Shown in pieces: positions 36,944 through 47,410 of a stretch of 64,000 nucleotides of DNA. The notes under the pieces are model-generated. The model saw only the letters and a list, made by a program, of their open reading frames with translations, was not told the DNA's origin and ran no database searches. The position numbers and the translations under genes are program-made. This DNA is from Magnetovibrionaceae bacterium (GTDB lineage Bacteria; Pseudomonadota; Alphaproteobacteria; Rhodospirillales; JBMYSY01), in assembly GCA_049603795.1 (NCBI GenBank), contig JBMYSY010000006.1:307-64306 (forward strand). The letters run 5' to 3'. Every line of letters begins with the position of its first letter. Position 1 is the stretch's first letter.

Positions 36944-38263
36944 ATGACGGATATGACGGACCTGGGTGCAATCATGGCGGGCTTGGCCTTGGTTACCCTG
37001 GCCGGTTTCTTGGGATATTTGGCGCTCAAGTATCGCCGACTTCGCCGGGCATATGAAGCTCAGGCGCGAGACGTCTATGACCTGAAAGTCAACGAATTCA
37101 CCCACCAGCAACTGATCAAGGCCACACAGGAGGGTTACTGGTTCATTGAGCCTTCGGGGCGCACGCTGGATGTCAATCCGGCGCTGTGTCGGATCCTGGA
37201 TCGTTCCAGGGAAGAGATCATCGCGGGCACGATCTATGACTTTGTTGATGACGAAAATCGCAAGGTCTTCGAAGAGCAACTGGAGAAACGAAAACGGGGT
37301 ATCAGCGGTGCCTACGAAATTGCCCTCCAGCGACCTGACGGCACGAATGTGATTTGCATCAACAACCCCGCTCCGATCTATGATCTGGACGGCAAACACG
37401 TCGGCTCTATCGGCCTTTGGACCGATGTGTCGGAGCTTCGGGAAACCACCCGCCGTCTCGAGATCGCGTTGGGCGAAGCGGAAGCCGCCAACCGGACAAA
37501 ATCCGAATTCCTGGCGAACATGAGTCACGAGCTGCGGACGCCGCTCAATGCCATCTTGGGCTTTTCCAGCGTGATCCGCGAAGGCGTGTTCGGGAAGCTG
37601 GAGAACGACCGCTACCTCGATTACATCAACAGTATCCACGATTCCGGCAGCCATCTTCTGGAATTGATCAACGACATTCTGGACCTGTCGAAGATCGAGG
37701 CGGGATCGCTCTCCCTCGACGCTGAACCACAAGACATTGCCCTAATTTCAAAAGCTGTGGTCACTGTCTTGAAGCCCAGGGCGATTGGCTCGGGCGTCAT
37801 GGTGAACAACCAGGTTACCCTGGGCCTGCCCCTGATCTGCGGGGATGAACGGCGGCTCAAACAGATCCTGTTCAATCTGCTGAGCAATGCCATCAAGTTC
37901 ACACCCGAAGGGGGCGCGGTGAGTTTGAGTTCGTCTCAATCCGGTTCAGGGGAACTGGCGATCTCGGTTTCCGATACGGGGATTGGCATGACCCAGGAGG
38001 AACTGGTTGTTGCCCAGTCGCGCTTCGGTCAGGTCGACAGTTCGCTCGCCCGACAGCACGAAGGAACCGGGCTTGGTCTGCCACTGACAAAAGCTCTAAT
38101 CGAACTGCACGATGGTAAGATCGTGATTGAAAGTAAGAAGGGGCGTGGCACCACGGTGACGATCACTTTCCCGCCGTCTCGGCTGCTCTTCGAAGCTGCT
38201 GAACTGCCCGAAGCTGCTGGCGATACCCATCGCGAAGTGGAGCCGGTGCAGGCCAAAAAGTGA
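36944..38263 (+). CDS. PAS sensor histidine kinase
   Basis: TM segment, PAS (GYWFIEPSGRTLDVNPALCRIL), SHELRTPLNAILGF, NAIKFT, GTGLGL. Confidence 0.88.
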   Translation: MTDMTDLGAIMAGLALVTLAGFLGYLALKYRRLRRAYEAQARDVYDLKVNEFTHQQLIKATQEGYWFIEPSGRTLDVNPALCRILDRSREEIIAGTIYDFVDDENRKVFEEQLEKRKRGISGAYEIALQRPDGTNVICINNPAPIYDLDGKHVGSIGLWTDVSELRETTRRLEIALGEAEAANRTKSEFLANMSHELRTPLNAILGFSSVIREGVFGKLENDRYLDYINSIHDSGSHLLELINDILDLSKIEAGSLSLDAEPQDIALISKAVVTVLKPRAIGSGVMVNNQVTLGLPLICGDERRLKQILFNLLSNAIKFTPEGGAVSLSSSQSGSGELAISVSDTGIGMTQEELVVAQSRFGQVDSSLARQHEGTGLGLPLTKALIELHDGKIVIESKKGRGTTVTITFPPSRLLFEAAELPEAAGDTHREVEPVQAKK

Positions 38264-38299
38264 ACGGCACGGACGAGCCGATTTTCGAGCCTCCAAACT

Positions 38300-38914
38300 T
38301 CATCCGATCACCAGATCAAACGTCCCTTTGTAACCGTCTTCGGTCTCGACCAGTTGGACCGTTACGGCTTCGCGGGCCGCAGCGCCTTTAAGCCGCCGGT
38401 AAAGGAAATCCCGCCCGTTTCCGGGTTCGCCCAGTACATACATCTGGGTGGTCAGGACGGGGAAGCCACGGGCCTTGACCTTGAAATGGATATGCGGCGT
38501 ACGACCGGGGTAGGGCACCGGTCGGATGGTGCGAAACCGGTAGGCACCATTGGCATCCGAGATCGTCCGACCGAAGCCCTGAAAGCCCAGATCCCAATTG
38601 CCGCCCCGATCACGCCGGTGGTGATAGGCACCGTTGGCATCGCATTGCCATAGGTCAATCTGTGCCCCAATGACCAAACCGCCATCGGACGTCTTCACCC
38701 GGCCGACCAGATCCAGCGGTGTGCCCTTTGCCCGCTCGGGGTGGCCATCCACATGGGTCAGGTCCGTATCATGTTCCTTGGGCAACAGGTCAGGATAAAA
38801 CGGACCTTCGGCCTGTTCGGGCGTTCGCAAAAAGCCCAGCCCCATTGCGGGCCGTATCAGGCCGACCCCGGCAACCGCCATCCCGGAAACCAGAACCGAC
38901 CTGCGGCTTTTCAT
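38300..38914 (-). CDS. intradiol ring-cleavage dioxygenase-like protein with Tat signal
   Basis: MKSRRSVLVSG.., GPFYPD, IDLWQCDANGAYHH, GRTPHIHFKV. Confidence 0.75.
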   Translation of the reverse strand: MKSRRSVLVSGMAVAGVGLIRPAMGLGFLRTPEQAEGPFYPDLLPKEHDTDLTHVDGHPERAKGTPLDLVGRVKTSDGGLVIGAQIDLWQCDANGAYHHRRDRGGNWDLGFQGFGRTISDANGAYRFRTIRPVPYPGRTPHIHFKVKARGFPVLTTQMYVLGEPGNGRDFLYRRLKGAAAREAVTVQLVETEDGYKGTFDLVIG

Positions 38915-38924
38915 GGACCGCTCC

Positions 38925-39248
38925 TCAGCCCAGTTTGACCGCTGTGCCGTTGGCGGAAACCATCAACATGGATTTGTCCTGACCGCCAATCGATTCGTAA
39001 TCCAGGTCCACCGCGACAATGGCGTCCGCGCCGAGTTCCTGAGCCTCGGCAATCATGTCACCGATGGAAAGGTCCTTGGCTTTCTTCAGTTCTTTTTCGT
39101 ATGACCCCGACCTGCCGCCGACGATATCGCGGATGCCTGCAAAGAAGTCCCGGAAAACGTTCGTGCCCATGACGGCTTCGCCCGAAACAACGCCCAGGTA
39201 TTGGATAACGCGCTTGCCCTCGACTGAGTCGGTGGTGGTGACGATCAT
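38925..39248 (-). CDS. ybjQ: YbjQ/UPF0145 family protein
   Basis: [54 protein letters not shown]. 107 aa. The upstream 101 codons in the track were rejected. Confidence 0.85.
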   Translation of the reverse strand: MIVTTTDSVEGKRVIQYLGVVSGEAVMGTNVFRDFFAGIRDIVGGRSGSYEKELKKAKDLSIGDMIAEAQELGADAIVAVDLDYESIGGQDKSMLMVSANGTAVKLG

Positions 39249-39324
39249 GCTGTTCTCTCCGTGGTTGGCAGAACCCTTGATGCCGGGTGCCTTGGTAGGA
39301 AAATGAAAAGGCTGAAGAGAAACT

Positions 39325-40566
39325 CTAGCGCTTCTGAGGAGGGCTGCAAGGGTCTGGTGAGGCCCGCAGCCGACTGACGACGGCAGCAGAGGCCAGAAGC
39401 ATGGCCGCCGAGGCTGCGAGCGCCGCATCCAATCCGCCGATCTGATACAGAAGACCCGAGAGGATGGTGCCCAACAAGCGCCCGACGGCATTGGCTGCAT
39501 AGTAAAAACCAACGTCCATCGCGACGCGATCATGGTCTGCCAGATGAACAATCAGATAGGAATGCAGCGACGAATTGATCGCGAACAGAACACCGAACAC
39601 CATCAGGCCGCCCAGGACCACCACCGAGGCGGACTGTCCGGTCCAGACAAGGACGAGGATGACAACCGGGATCAGGCCCAATAGAGAGGCAGCGCCCGCC
39701 GCGACGCCTCCGCCCGGATCTTTCGGCAGCATCTTCGGCGCCCCGGCCTGGACGAAGCCATAGCCGATCACCCAAAGGGCCATGAAGGTGCCGGTTGCCG
39801 TAAAATCCCAGCCCAGGACACCGCTGAGAAACAAGGGCAGGGCAACCACAAACCAGACATCCCGTGCCCCGAACAGGAAAACCCGGGCCAGTGACAGACG
39901 GTTGATCGAGGCATCCTTGGACAGCAATGCCTTGCCGAGCCGCGCGGATTTGGCCCGCCCGAGATCGGTTTTCAAACTGAACAGACTGGCGGCGAGTACC
40001 AGGGCCAGGGCGGCTGCCATGGCATAGAGACCGCCCGTGAAACCGAGCCCTTCCAGCAGCACACCGCCCAGGAAAAAGCCGAGGCCCTTCAGGGCGTTCT
40101 TGGATCCTGTCAGGAGGGCCACCCATTTGAACAAGGTGCCTTCGCCCGCAACCCGCTTGATCGCGCTTTTGGACGACATCTTGGTCAGGTCCTTGGCCAC
40201 GCCGGAAAAGGCCTGCGCCAGGGCGACATAGGTGATGGAAAGCGCCAGCGCCCAGTCAGGTTCAACGGCGGACAACATCAAGAGTGCGCCGATCTGGATC
40301 GCCAAGCCGGACAGCAACGTCAATCGGAGGCCGAACCGCGCGCCCAACCAACCGCCAAATAGGTTGGTGACGATGCCTGCTATTTCGTAGAGCACGAACA
40401 GCATCGCCAAATCAAAGGGCGAAAACCCGAGCCCATCAAAGTGCAGCAGAACCAGCAGCCGAAGCGCACCATCGGTCAGGGTAAAAGCCCAATAGGCTGC
40501 CGTGACGCCGGCGTAGGCGCGAAGGTCGGTGCTTGGCAGAGGCGAGGGGGCCTTGGCCTGTGTCAC
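39325..40566 (-). CDS. arsJ: MFS transporter, probable organoarsenical (1-arseno-3-phosphoglycerate) efflux permease ArsJ
   Basis: 12-TM MFS protein. 4-nt overlap with an upstream GAPDH gene that follows an ArsR gene, which is the gene context characteristic of ArsJ. Confidence 0.6.
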   Translation of the reverse strand: MTQAKAPSPLPSTDLRAYAGVTAAYWAFTLTDGALRLLVLLHFDGLGFSPFDLAMLFVLYEIAGIVTNLFGGWLGARFGLRLTLLSGLAIQIGALLMLSAVEPDWALALSITYVALAQAFSGVAKDLTKMSSKSAIKRVAGEGTLFKWVALLTGSKNALKGLGFFLGGVLLEGLGFTGGLYAMAAALALVLAASLFSLKTDLGRAKSARLGKALLSKDASINRLSLARVFLFGARDVWFVVALPLFLSGVLGWDFTATGTFMALWVIGYGFVQAGAPKMLPKDPGGGVAAGAASLLGLIPVVILVLVWTGQSASVVVLGGLMVFGVLFAINSSLHSYLIVHLADHDRVAMDVGFYYAANAVGRLLGTILSGLLYQIGGLDAALAASAAMLLASAAVVSRLRASPDPCSPPQKR

Positions 40567-41594
40567 AGGGCCGCGCCCACCTTTCGGGCCAGCTCAACCA
40601 TGCGGTTCACATATCCCCATTCGTTGTCATACCAGGCGATCACTTTCACCATGGTGCCGTCGGTGACGATGGTCGCCGGTCCATCCACGATGCCGGAACG
40701 GGGGTCATTGGTGTAGTCCGCGCTGACCAGCGGTTTCTCTTCAAAGCCCAGAATGCCTTTCAACTCGCCCTTGGCATAAGAGCGGAAAAGCTCGTTCACG
40801 TCCTCGACGGTCGTGGGGGCCGAAACCTCGAAGACAGCATCCGTGATCGAAGCATTCAAAAGCGGCACCCGGACCGCGATGCCGTTCAGCCGTCCTGTCA
40901 ATTCGGGATAGATCTTGGTGATGGCGGTCGCCGAACCCGTCGAGGTCGGGATAAGCGAATTCAGGCCGGAGCGGGCCCGGCGTAGGTCATTCTTGCCCGC
41001 TGCCTGCGGCCCATCGACCATGACTTGCGTATTGGTGACGTCGTGGATCGTGGTGATCAGGCCATGGGTGATGCCGATTTCCTCGTGCAGGACCTTGACC
41101 ACAGGGGCAAGGCAATTGGTCGTGCAGGACGCCGCTGTGACGAGGTGATGGGTCTCCGGTTCGTAGAGGTGATCGTTGCAGCCCATGACGATGTTGAGCG
41201 CGCCCTCCTTGACCGGTGCCGCGACGATAACCTTGGCAACGCCCTGATCGAAATAGGTCTGGAGTGTCTCCGTCGTGCGGAACTTGCCCGAACATTCCAG
41301 GACGATGTCGCAGCCGGCGGCTTTCCAGTCCACCGCGCCGATCGTACTTTCCTGCGTAAAGGGAATGGTCCGGCCATCCACCGTAAGGCTGTGGGGCGTA
41401 TTGCTGATCTCATGGGGCCAGCGGCCATGGACGGTATCGAAGGCCAACAGATGGGCAGCAACTTCCGCCGTTCCGCCGGGCTCGTTGATATGGACGATTT
41501 CAATCGTCTGATCAGTCGAATTGGTGTCCAGGGCGACACGGGTCGATAACCGTCCCATGCGGCCAAATCCGTTGATGCCAATTTTCAAACTCAT
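40563..41594 (-). CDS. gap: type I glyceraldehyde-3-phosphate dehydrogenase (ars-associated paralogue)
   Basis: [13 protein letters not shown].., [10 protein letters not shown] catalytic Cys, WYDNEWGY. Confidence 0.92.
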   Translation of the reverse strand: MSLKIGINGFGRMGRLSTRVALDTNSTDQTIEIVHINEPGGTAEVAAHLLAFDTVHGRWPHEISNTPHSLTVDGRTIPFTQESTIGAVDWKAAGCDIVLECSGKFRTTETLQTYFDQGVAKVIVAAPVKEGALNIVMGCNDHLYEPETHHLVTAASCTTNCLAPVVKVLHEEIGITHGLITTIHDVTNTQVMVDGPQAAGKNDLRRARSGLNSLIPTSTGSATAITKIYPELTGRLNGIAVRVPLLNASITDAVFEVSAPTTVEDVNELFRSYAKGELKGILGFEEKPLVSADYTNDPRSGIVDGPATIVTDGTMVKVIAWYDNEWGYVNRMVELARKVGAAL

Positions 41595-41615
41595 GAGGTG
41601 GGCTCCCCTTTGTCT

Positions 41616-41939
41616 TTAACGGGTCTCTCTGGCGGGAAGGCCGCAGATATCGGGTCTGCCCCGGCAGCAATCCTCGGTCAGGAAAGCGACGAGAGATGCC
41701 GTACCTTCGATGTTGGCCGTATAGCGAATGGACCTGCCCTGCCGGTGTGCGGAGACCAGGCGGGCGCGTTCCAGAACCGCCAGTTGGTTCGATAGTGTCG
41801 AAGCCGCGAGACCCAGCCGATCTGCAATCTCACCGGCCGCAAGCCCTTCGTCGCCGACCGAAATCAGCAATCGAAAGGTGGTCAGCCGACTGTCATGGGC
41901 CAGGGCGGAGAAAGCGCTGATGGCTTCATTCATTTCCAT
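41616..41939 (-). CDS. arsR: ArsR/SmtB-family metalloregulator
   Basis: FSALAHDSRLTTFRLL..LAAGEIADRLGLAASTLSNQLAVLERARLV wHTH. C-terminal Cys triad DCCRGRPDIC (CC-X5-C). Confidence 0.85.
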   Translation of the reverse strand: MEMNEAISAFSALAHDSRLTTFRLLISVGDEGLAAGEIADRLGLAASTLSNQLAVLERARLVSAHRQGRSIRYTANIEGTASLVAFLTEDCCRGRPDICGLPARETR

Positions 41940-42047
41940 AATTCATGAAATAACGAATAGTTTTGGATGCGTCCAATGAAGGTTTTGTGACTTGAAAGAA
42001 AAAAACGCCGCTTGGGTTCTGTCGCGATTCTGGAGTACACCAGCCGG

Positions 42048-42596
42048 ATGGATAGCCCACCCCCACTTCCGTTCCGGATTGAATACGACAAGGTCGCCTG
42101 CGCCGTGATGACGGTTACCGCAGGCCTTATGGCTTTGCTGGGTGGTTTGTTGGCTTGGGATCCGACAATCTTTGCCGGTACCGAAGAGGCGGTGGATGAC
42201 CGTGCCGGCCGGGTCATCGGACTGCTCTGCTTGGCCTTTTTTGGTGCCTGTGCCCTGGCCTGGGGCGGGAACTACTTTGCCCGTCACCCGGCCTTGGCCT
42301 TCGATGCAGACGGATTTCGGGTCGCCCAACTCGTCTCGTCGGATCCGCTCTTTATTCCCTGGCCAGAGGTGAAAGAGGTCAGGCTGCGCAAACAGCGCCG
42401 CCTGCGCCATGTTTCGGTCGATCTGGTCCGGCCCGAGCGCCTGCTCGAGACCGGAACCTGGCCGGACCGGCTGGTTCGGTTCTGGAACAAAAAGGTCTTT
42501 GGCACACCGCTCCATATCGCGACATTGTCCATTGACCTGACGGCAGAACAACTGGCTGCTATTTTGCGCCATCACGCCGGTCTGGAAGACGTTTAG
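42048..42596 (+). CDS. hypothetical membrane protein (two TM helices + soluble domain)
   Basis: The ORF has plausible composition and two hydrophobic segments. No domain recognised. Start at the ATG at 42048. Confidence 0.4.
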   Translation: MDSPPPLPFRIEYDKVACAVMTVTAGLMALLGGLLAWDPTIFAGTEEAVDDRAGRVIGLLCLAFFGACALAWGGNYFARHPALAFDADGFRVAQLVSSDPLFIPWPEVKEVRLRKQRRLRHVSVDLVRPERLLETGTWPDRLVRFWNKKVFGTPLHIATLSIDLTAEQLAAILRHHAGLEDV

Positions 42597-44383
42597 CGGC
42601 CCCCGTAGAGCGCTTCCAGCCGGTCGTCGAAGGCTGCCTTCACAACATGGCGACGCGCCTTCATGGTCGGCGTCATCATTTCGTTTTCGATGGTGAAAGG
42701 GGTGGGGGAGACGCTGATGCGTCGCACCCGTTCGATCACGGACAATTCGGGGTTCACTTTGTCGATGACGGCCTGCAAGGCTTTGCGCAGGTCGTCATCA
42801 TCGGCCAACTGCTGCAGATCGTTTGGCTTTTCATTGTCTTTGGCCCAACCCTTCAGCCAGTCGGGATCCGGCACGACAAGGGCAACCAGGTGCGGCTTCT
42901 TGTCGCCATAGACCATGACCTGATGGATTTCCGGCTCGACCGCAATGATGCCCTCGATCCGCGCGGGCGAAATGTTGTCGCCGCCGGAATTGACGATGAT
43001 ATCTTTCTTGCGATCAGTGATCATCAAGTGGCCGTCTTCGTCGAAGGTGCCGATGTCGCCGGTATGCAGCCAGCCGTCCTTGATCACGCTGGCGGTGTCT
43101 TCCTCGCGCCCCCAGTAGCCCTTCATGACCATGTCGCCGCGTGCCAGGATTTCCCCGTCTTCCGCGATTCTGACGTCCACATCCAGGGCCGGGGGGCCGA
43201 CGGTGTGAATTTTCGGGCTGTTCGGTCGGTTGCAGCTGATCAGCGGTGCTGATTCGGTCTGGCCGTAGCCCTGAAGCAGCCGGAGGCCCAGAGCCGTAAA
43301 GAACCGCCCGATCTCCGGGTTGAGCGCGGCCCCACCGGAGACCAGGGCTTTCAGCCGTCCGCCGAAGCGGGCCCGGACCTTGTCGCGCACCATGCTATCG
43401 ACGGCGGCGTCCTGGACCCGCTCGAAAACGCCCAGCTTTTCGCCGTCCAGTTTCTTCAATCCCAGTTCGAGCGCCTTGCCGAAGAACTGCTGCTTTGTCC
43501 CGCCTTCCTTGCGCACGCCGGCGGTAATCCGGGCGTGCAGCATCTCATAGAGCCGGGGGACGGCAGTCATGATCGTGGGCCGCGCTTCCTGCATGTTGGT
43601 CGCCAGGCTGCCCAGGTCTTCGGCGTAGTAGATCTGCGCCCCGATGGAGACCGGGAAGAAGTGACCCGCCAGGTGTTCGTATGAATGGGACAGCGGCAGG
43701 AAGGACAGAAAGACCTCGTCCTCCAGTCCGAATTCATCCAGTAGATGCTGCGCCGCGCGCACGTTGTGCAGCAGATTGCGGTGGGTCAGCATCACGCCTT
43801 TTGGCACGCCGCCGGTGCCGGATGTGTAGATCAGACAGGCGACATCATCGAGCCGGATGGCGCGGGCACCTTCGATGATGTTGTCGTGCCCGTCTTCGCC
43901 TTGTTCGATCAAGGCTTTCCAGGGCAGAACCTTAACCTGTCCGGTGTCTTCGAGTTTCCAGTCCTCGACCGCGACCACAAAGGGCAGATCGATCTCAGCC
44001 GCAGCCGGCAGCAGGTTGGCTGCGATTTCCCGGGTGGAGCAGATGGCGGCCACGGCACCCGAATCGGATAAGACGTGCTTGTGGTCATTCGAGGTATTCG
44101 TGACGTAGGCGGGGACCGTAATGGCACCCGCAGCCATGATCGCGAAGTCGGCGACGACCCATTCGGGGCGGTTTTCGGCAGCCAGGACCACGCGGTCGCC
44201 GGGCTTCACACCTTCCGCACGGAGGGCTCGGGCCAGGGCCGAGACCTGGCGCGAGACCTGTGTCCAACTCATCGGCCAGTACTGACCCCCGGATTTGGAC
44301 CAAAGGAAGGGCTTGTCCCGTAAGTTCTCAACCTGGTCGAAAAACAGGGTTACGAGGTTGGGGCCGCTGGCATCTGCGCGCAT
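42593..44383 (-). CDS. long-chain fatty acid--CoA ligase (AMP-dependent synthetase)
   Basis: IYTSGTGGVPKGVMLTHRN, GYGQTE, TGDIG..DEDGHLMITDRKKD. Confidence 0.9.
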   Translation of the reverse strand: MRADASGPNLVTLFFDQVENLRDKPFLWSKSGGQYWPMSWTQVSRQVSALARALRAEGVKPGDRVVLAAENRPEWVVADFAIMAAGAITVPAYVTNTSNDHKHVLSDSGAVAAICSTREIAANLLPAAAEIDLPFVVAVEDWKLEDTGQVKVLPWKALIEQGEDGHDNIIEGARAIRLDDVACLIYTSGTGGVPKGVMLTHRNLLHNVRAAQHLLDEFGLEDEVFLSFLPLSHSYEHLAGHFFPVSIGAQIYYAEDLGSLATNMQEARPTIMTAVPRLYEMLHARITAGVRKEGGTKQQFFGKALELGLKKLDGEKLGVFERVQDAAVDSMVRDKVRARFGGRLKALVSGGAALNPEIGRFFTALGLRLLQGYGQTESAPLISCNRPNSPKIHTVGPPALDVDVRIAEDGEILARGDMVMKGYWGREEDTASVIKDGWLHTGDIGTFDEDGHLMITDRKKDIIVNSGGDNISPARIEGIIAVEPEIHQVMVYGDKKPHLVALVVPDPDWLKGWAKDNEKPNDLQQLADDDDLRKALQAVIDKVNPELSVIERVRRISVSPTPFTIENEMMTPTMKARRHVVKAAFDDRLEALYGGR

Positions 44384-44686
44384 GTTGTCTCCCGATCAGT
44401 TTCGTGTTTCCCCCAAGAGCCTACGTTGCGGCCTATTGGCGGGGGTGAGTGGGCGGGCACTCTTATTGTATTCTAAGGAGCGTTCGCAATTTCCGCCTTT
44501 TGTACGACGCCTGTTTGGTGTTGGATGGGTTCTCGTAAGTCCCCGACGGCCTGTCGACGGGAAAAGAACGCGCCCTTTGACGGGTTTTGACCTTGAGCAA
44601 TCGATGGTCGGCGCACACTCTTCCGACAGAAGCCGATAGCCGACGACAGATCAAAATATGGAACGCGAGCACCGGAGCGACAAGTC

Positions 44687-46495
44687 ATGGATGCGCCTTC
44701 GCCGCATATGATTGAGACCGATAGCCAACCCCCGGTCGGGGAGGTTCCGGAATGGAACTTGAGCCAAGTTTACCAGGACCCTGAAGACCCGGCGATCCGC
44801 AAGACCCTGCGAGAGGCGATGGACCGGGCTGTAACCTTCCGCGACGCGTACCGGGATCGGCTGGCTGAACTCTCGGGTCGGGAGTTGGGCGAAGCGGTCG
44901 AGGCTTACGAAGTGATCAGCGAAGCCGCGCACAAGGCCATCGGCTACGCGCAGCTTTTGTCGGCGGCCGATGTCAGCGATCCCGTGCGTGCCCGCTTTCT
45001 GCAGACCATGCAGGAGAAGGTGAACGACATCTTCTCGGAGACGCTTTTCTTCGCCCTGGAAATCAACCGGATTCCGGAAGAGGTGTTGGAAGAGCAACTG
45101 AAAGACCCGAAGGCCGCGCGATACGCCCCCTGGCTGAACGACATGAGGGTCTACCGCAAGCACCAACTGTCGGACGAATTGGAACAGCTGCTGCATGACA
45201 AGTCGGTAACCGGCCGGTCGGCCTGGTCGCGCTTGTTCGAAGAACAGCTGGCCTTCATGCGCTTTGATCTGGATGGAGAGAAGAAAACCCTCTCGGACGT
45301 CTTGAATAACCTTTCCGACAAAGACGCCGCTCTGCGCGAACGGTCGGCCTTGTCTCTGTCGCGAGGGCTGACGGAAAACATCCACATCTTTACGCTGGTC
45401 ACCAATGTGCTCGCCAAAGACAAGGAAACCGAAGACCTCTGGCGGGAATACCCAAGGCCCATATCAGCACGGAACCTCGGCAACCAGGTTGAGGACGAAG
45501 TAGTCGAGGCCCTGGTGAACTCCATCAAGGGGGCCTACGAGACTTTGGGCCATCGCTACTATCAGCTGAAGGCACGCTGGTTCGGCGTAGACAAGCTGAA
45601 CTGGTGGGACCGCAATGCGCCCCTGCCGGACATTGACGAGCGCCTGTTCACTTGGGACGAAGCCCGCGAGACCGTCTTGTCCGCCTATCACGCTTTCGAA
45701 CCTGAAATGGCGAGGGTCGCGAAACGCTTCTTTGACGAGGAATGGATCGACGCCCGTCTGCGGCCGGGCAAGAATTCCGGTGCCTTTTCGCATTCCCTGG
45801 TACCCAGTGTGCACCCCTATATCCTGATGAACTTCCACGGCAAATCACGCGACGTGATGACGCTGGCCCACGAGTTGGGCCATGGCGTCCATCAGGTCCT
45901 CGCCGCCGATCAGGGCATGCTGATGGCGAATACGCCGCTCACGCTGGCCGAGACGGCCTCGGTCTTTGGGGAAATGCTGACCTTCCGTTCGCTCTTGGAG
46001 CGCGAGACCGATCCCGCCCGGCGGCGCGTGCTGCTGGCCGGAAAGGTCGAAGACATGATGAATACGGTTGTTCGTCAGGTCGCCTTCCACCAATTCGAAG
46101 AGGCGGTCCATGCCGAACGGCCCAACGGTGAACTCTCCGCCGACCGGCTGGGGGAAATCTGGCTGGATGTGCAGCGCCAGAGCCTGGGCCCGGCCTTCCG
46201 TTTCGATGATGACTATCGCTGCTATTGGGCCTATATCCCGCACTTTGTGCATGCTCCCTTCTATGTATATGCCTATGCCTTCGGTGACTGTCTGGTGAAC
46301 AGCCTTTACGACACCTTCCAGAAGGGCTTTCCCGGCTTTCAGAGCAAATATCTTGAAATGCTCCGGGCCGGTGGGACATTAAGGCACAAGGAACTGCTGG
46401 CACCGTTCGGTCTGGATGCCAGTGATCCGGATTTCTGGCGTCGGGGTCTCGGCGTCATATCGGGTTTCATCGACGAGCTGGAACAAACACTGTAA
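44687..46495 (+). CDS. pepF: M3-family oligoendopeptidase F
   Basis: 602 aa, HELGHGVH zinc motif, PepF-like length and layout. Confidence 0.88.
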   Translation: MDAPSPHMIETDSQPPVGEVPEWNLSQVYQDPEDPAIRKTLREAMDRAVTFRDAYRDRLAELSGRELGEAVEAYEVISEAAHKAIGYAQLLSAADVSDPVRARFLQTMQEKVNDIFSETLFFALEINRIPEEVLEEQLKDPKAARYAPWLNDMRVYRKHQLSDELEQLLHDKSVTGRSAWSRLFEEQLAFMRFDLDGEKKTLSDVLNNLSDKDAALRERSALSLSRGLTENIHIFTLVTNVLAKDKETEDLWREYPRPISARNLGNQVEDEVVEALVNSIKGAYETLGHRYYQLKARWFGVDKLNWWDRNAPLPDIDERLFTWDEARETVLSAYHAFEPEMARVAKRFFDEEWIDARLRPGKNSGAFSHSLVPSVHPYILMNFHGKSRDVMTLAHELGHGVHQVLAADQGMLMANTPLTLAETASVFGEMLTFRSLLERETDPARRRVLLAGKVEDMMNTVVRQVAFHQFEEAVHAERPNGELSADRLGEIWLDVQRQSLGPAFRFDDDYRCYWAYIPHFVHAPFYVYAYAFGDCLVNSLYDTFQKGFPGFQSKYLEMLRAGGTLRHKELLAPFGLDASDPDFWRRGLGVISGFIDELEQTL

Positions 46496-46573
46496 AGGCC
46501 AGCACCGTTCGATTGACAGCCGTCGACCCGCGCCTCTGGGGGAGAGGCAGGCCCATTTTTGAGGGGGACGAAA

Positions 46574-47410
46574 ATGGACGCCAGTGCCTATCCTGAAAGA
46601 CTGTCTTCGGCCTTTCCGACCGGCCTGGAGGTTCTGCACGAGCCGTCCAGATGGTCGGATGGCCGCTATCGCCCGCCTTTGGTTTTCCTGCATGGGGCCT
46701 TTTCCGGGGGCTGGATTTGGGCCGAAAATTTTATGCCCTGGTTTGCGGAAGCGGGCTACGACTGCTTCGCACCCAGTTTTCGGGGGCATGGCAAGAGCAG
46801 CGGCATAGAACGGCTGCATGAATTCGGCATCGACGACTATGTGGAGGATGCGCTACGGGTGATCTCGGCGCTTGGCGATGCCCCGGTGCTGGTCGGCCAC
46901 TCCATGGGTGGATATGTGGTCCAGAAACTTTTGGCCCGCATTGACGTGGAAGCCTATTGCCTGATGGCTTCCGTTCCACCGACCGGCCTGATGGGGCCTG
47001 CGATCACCATGGCGTGGTTCCAGCCCTGGTTGCTCTGGCGGATCGGAGAAATTCAGCATCAGGGCGTGGACATTGCGCGGCCCGAGACCTTCCGCGAAGC
47101 CCTTTTCCGTGAAGATATTCCAGAAGAGCTTGCGGCTACCTATATGTCTAGGGCGCAAAATGAATCCCGGCGTGCCACGCTCGATATGTATGGTCCGGCG
47201 GTGTCGGATCCCTGGCGGCTCCGTGTCTTTCCGGCTCTTGTCATGGGTGCGCAGATGGACCGTCTGATCGCACCGATGCACGTCCGCCAGACAGCCGCCA
47301 TTGTCGGCACCACTGCCAGACTGCTGCCCGACCTGGGCCATGGTATGATGTTGGAGCGGGACTGGGAGAGTGCGGCAAAGGTATTATTGGAGTTTCTGGA
47401 GGCTTTATGA
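46574..47410 (+). CDS. alpha/beta hydrolase
   Basis: PLVFLHGAF.., nucleophile elbow GHSMGG, C-terminal LGHGMM. Confidence 0.8.
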   Translation: MDASAYPERLSSAFPTGLEVLHEPSRWSDGRYRPPLVFLHGAFSGGWIWAENFMPWFAEAGYDCFAPSFRGHGKSSGIERLHEFGIDDYVEDALRVISALGDAPVLVGHSMGGYVVQKLLARIDVEAYCLMASVPPTGLMGPAITMAWFQPWLLWRIGEIQHQGVDIARPETFREALFREDIPEELAATYMSRAQNESRRATLDMYGPAVSDPWRLRVFPALVMGAQMDRLIAPMHVRQTAAIVGTTARLLPDLGHGMMLERDWESAAKVLLEFLEAL

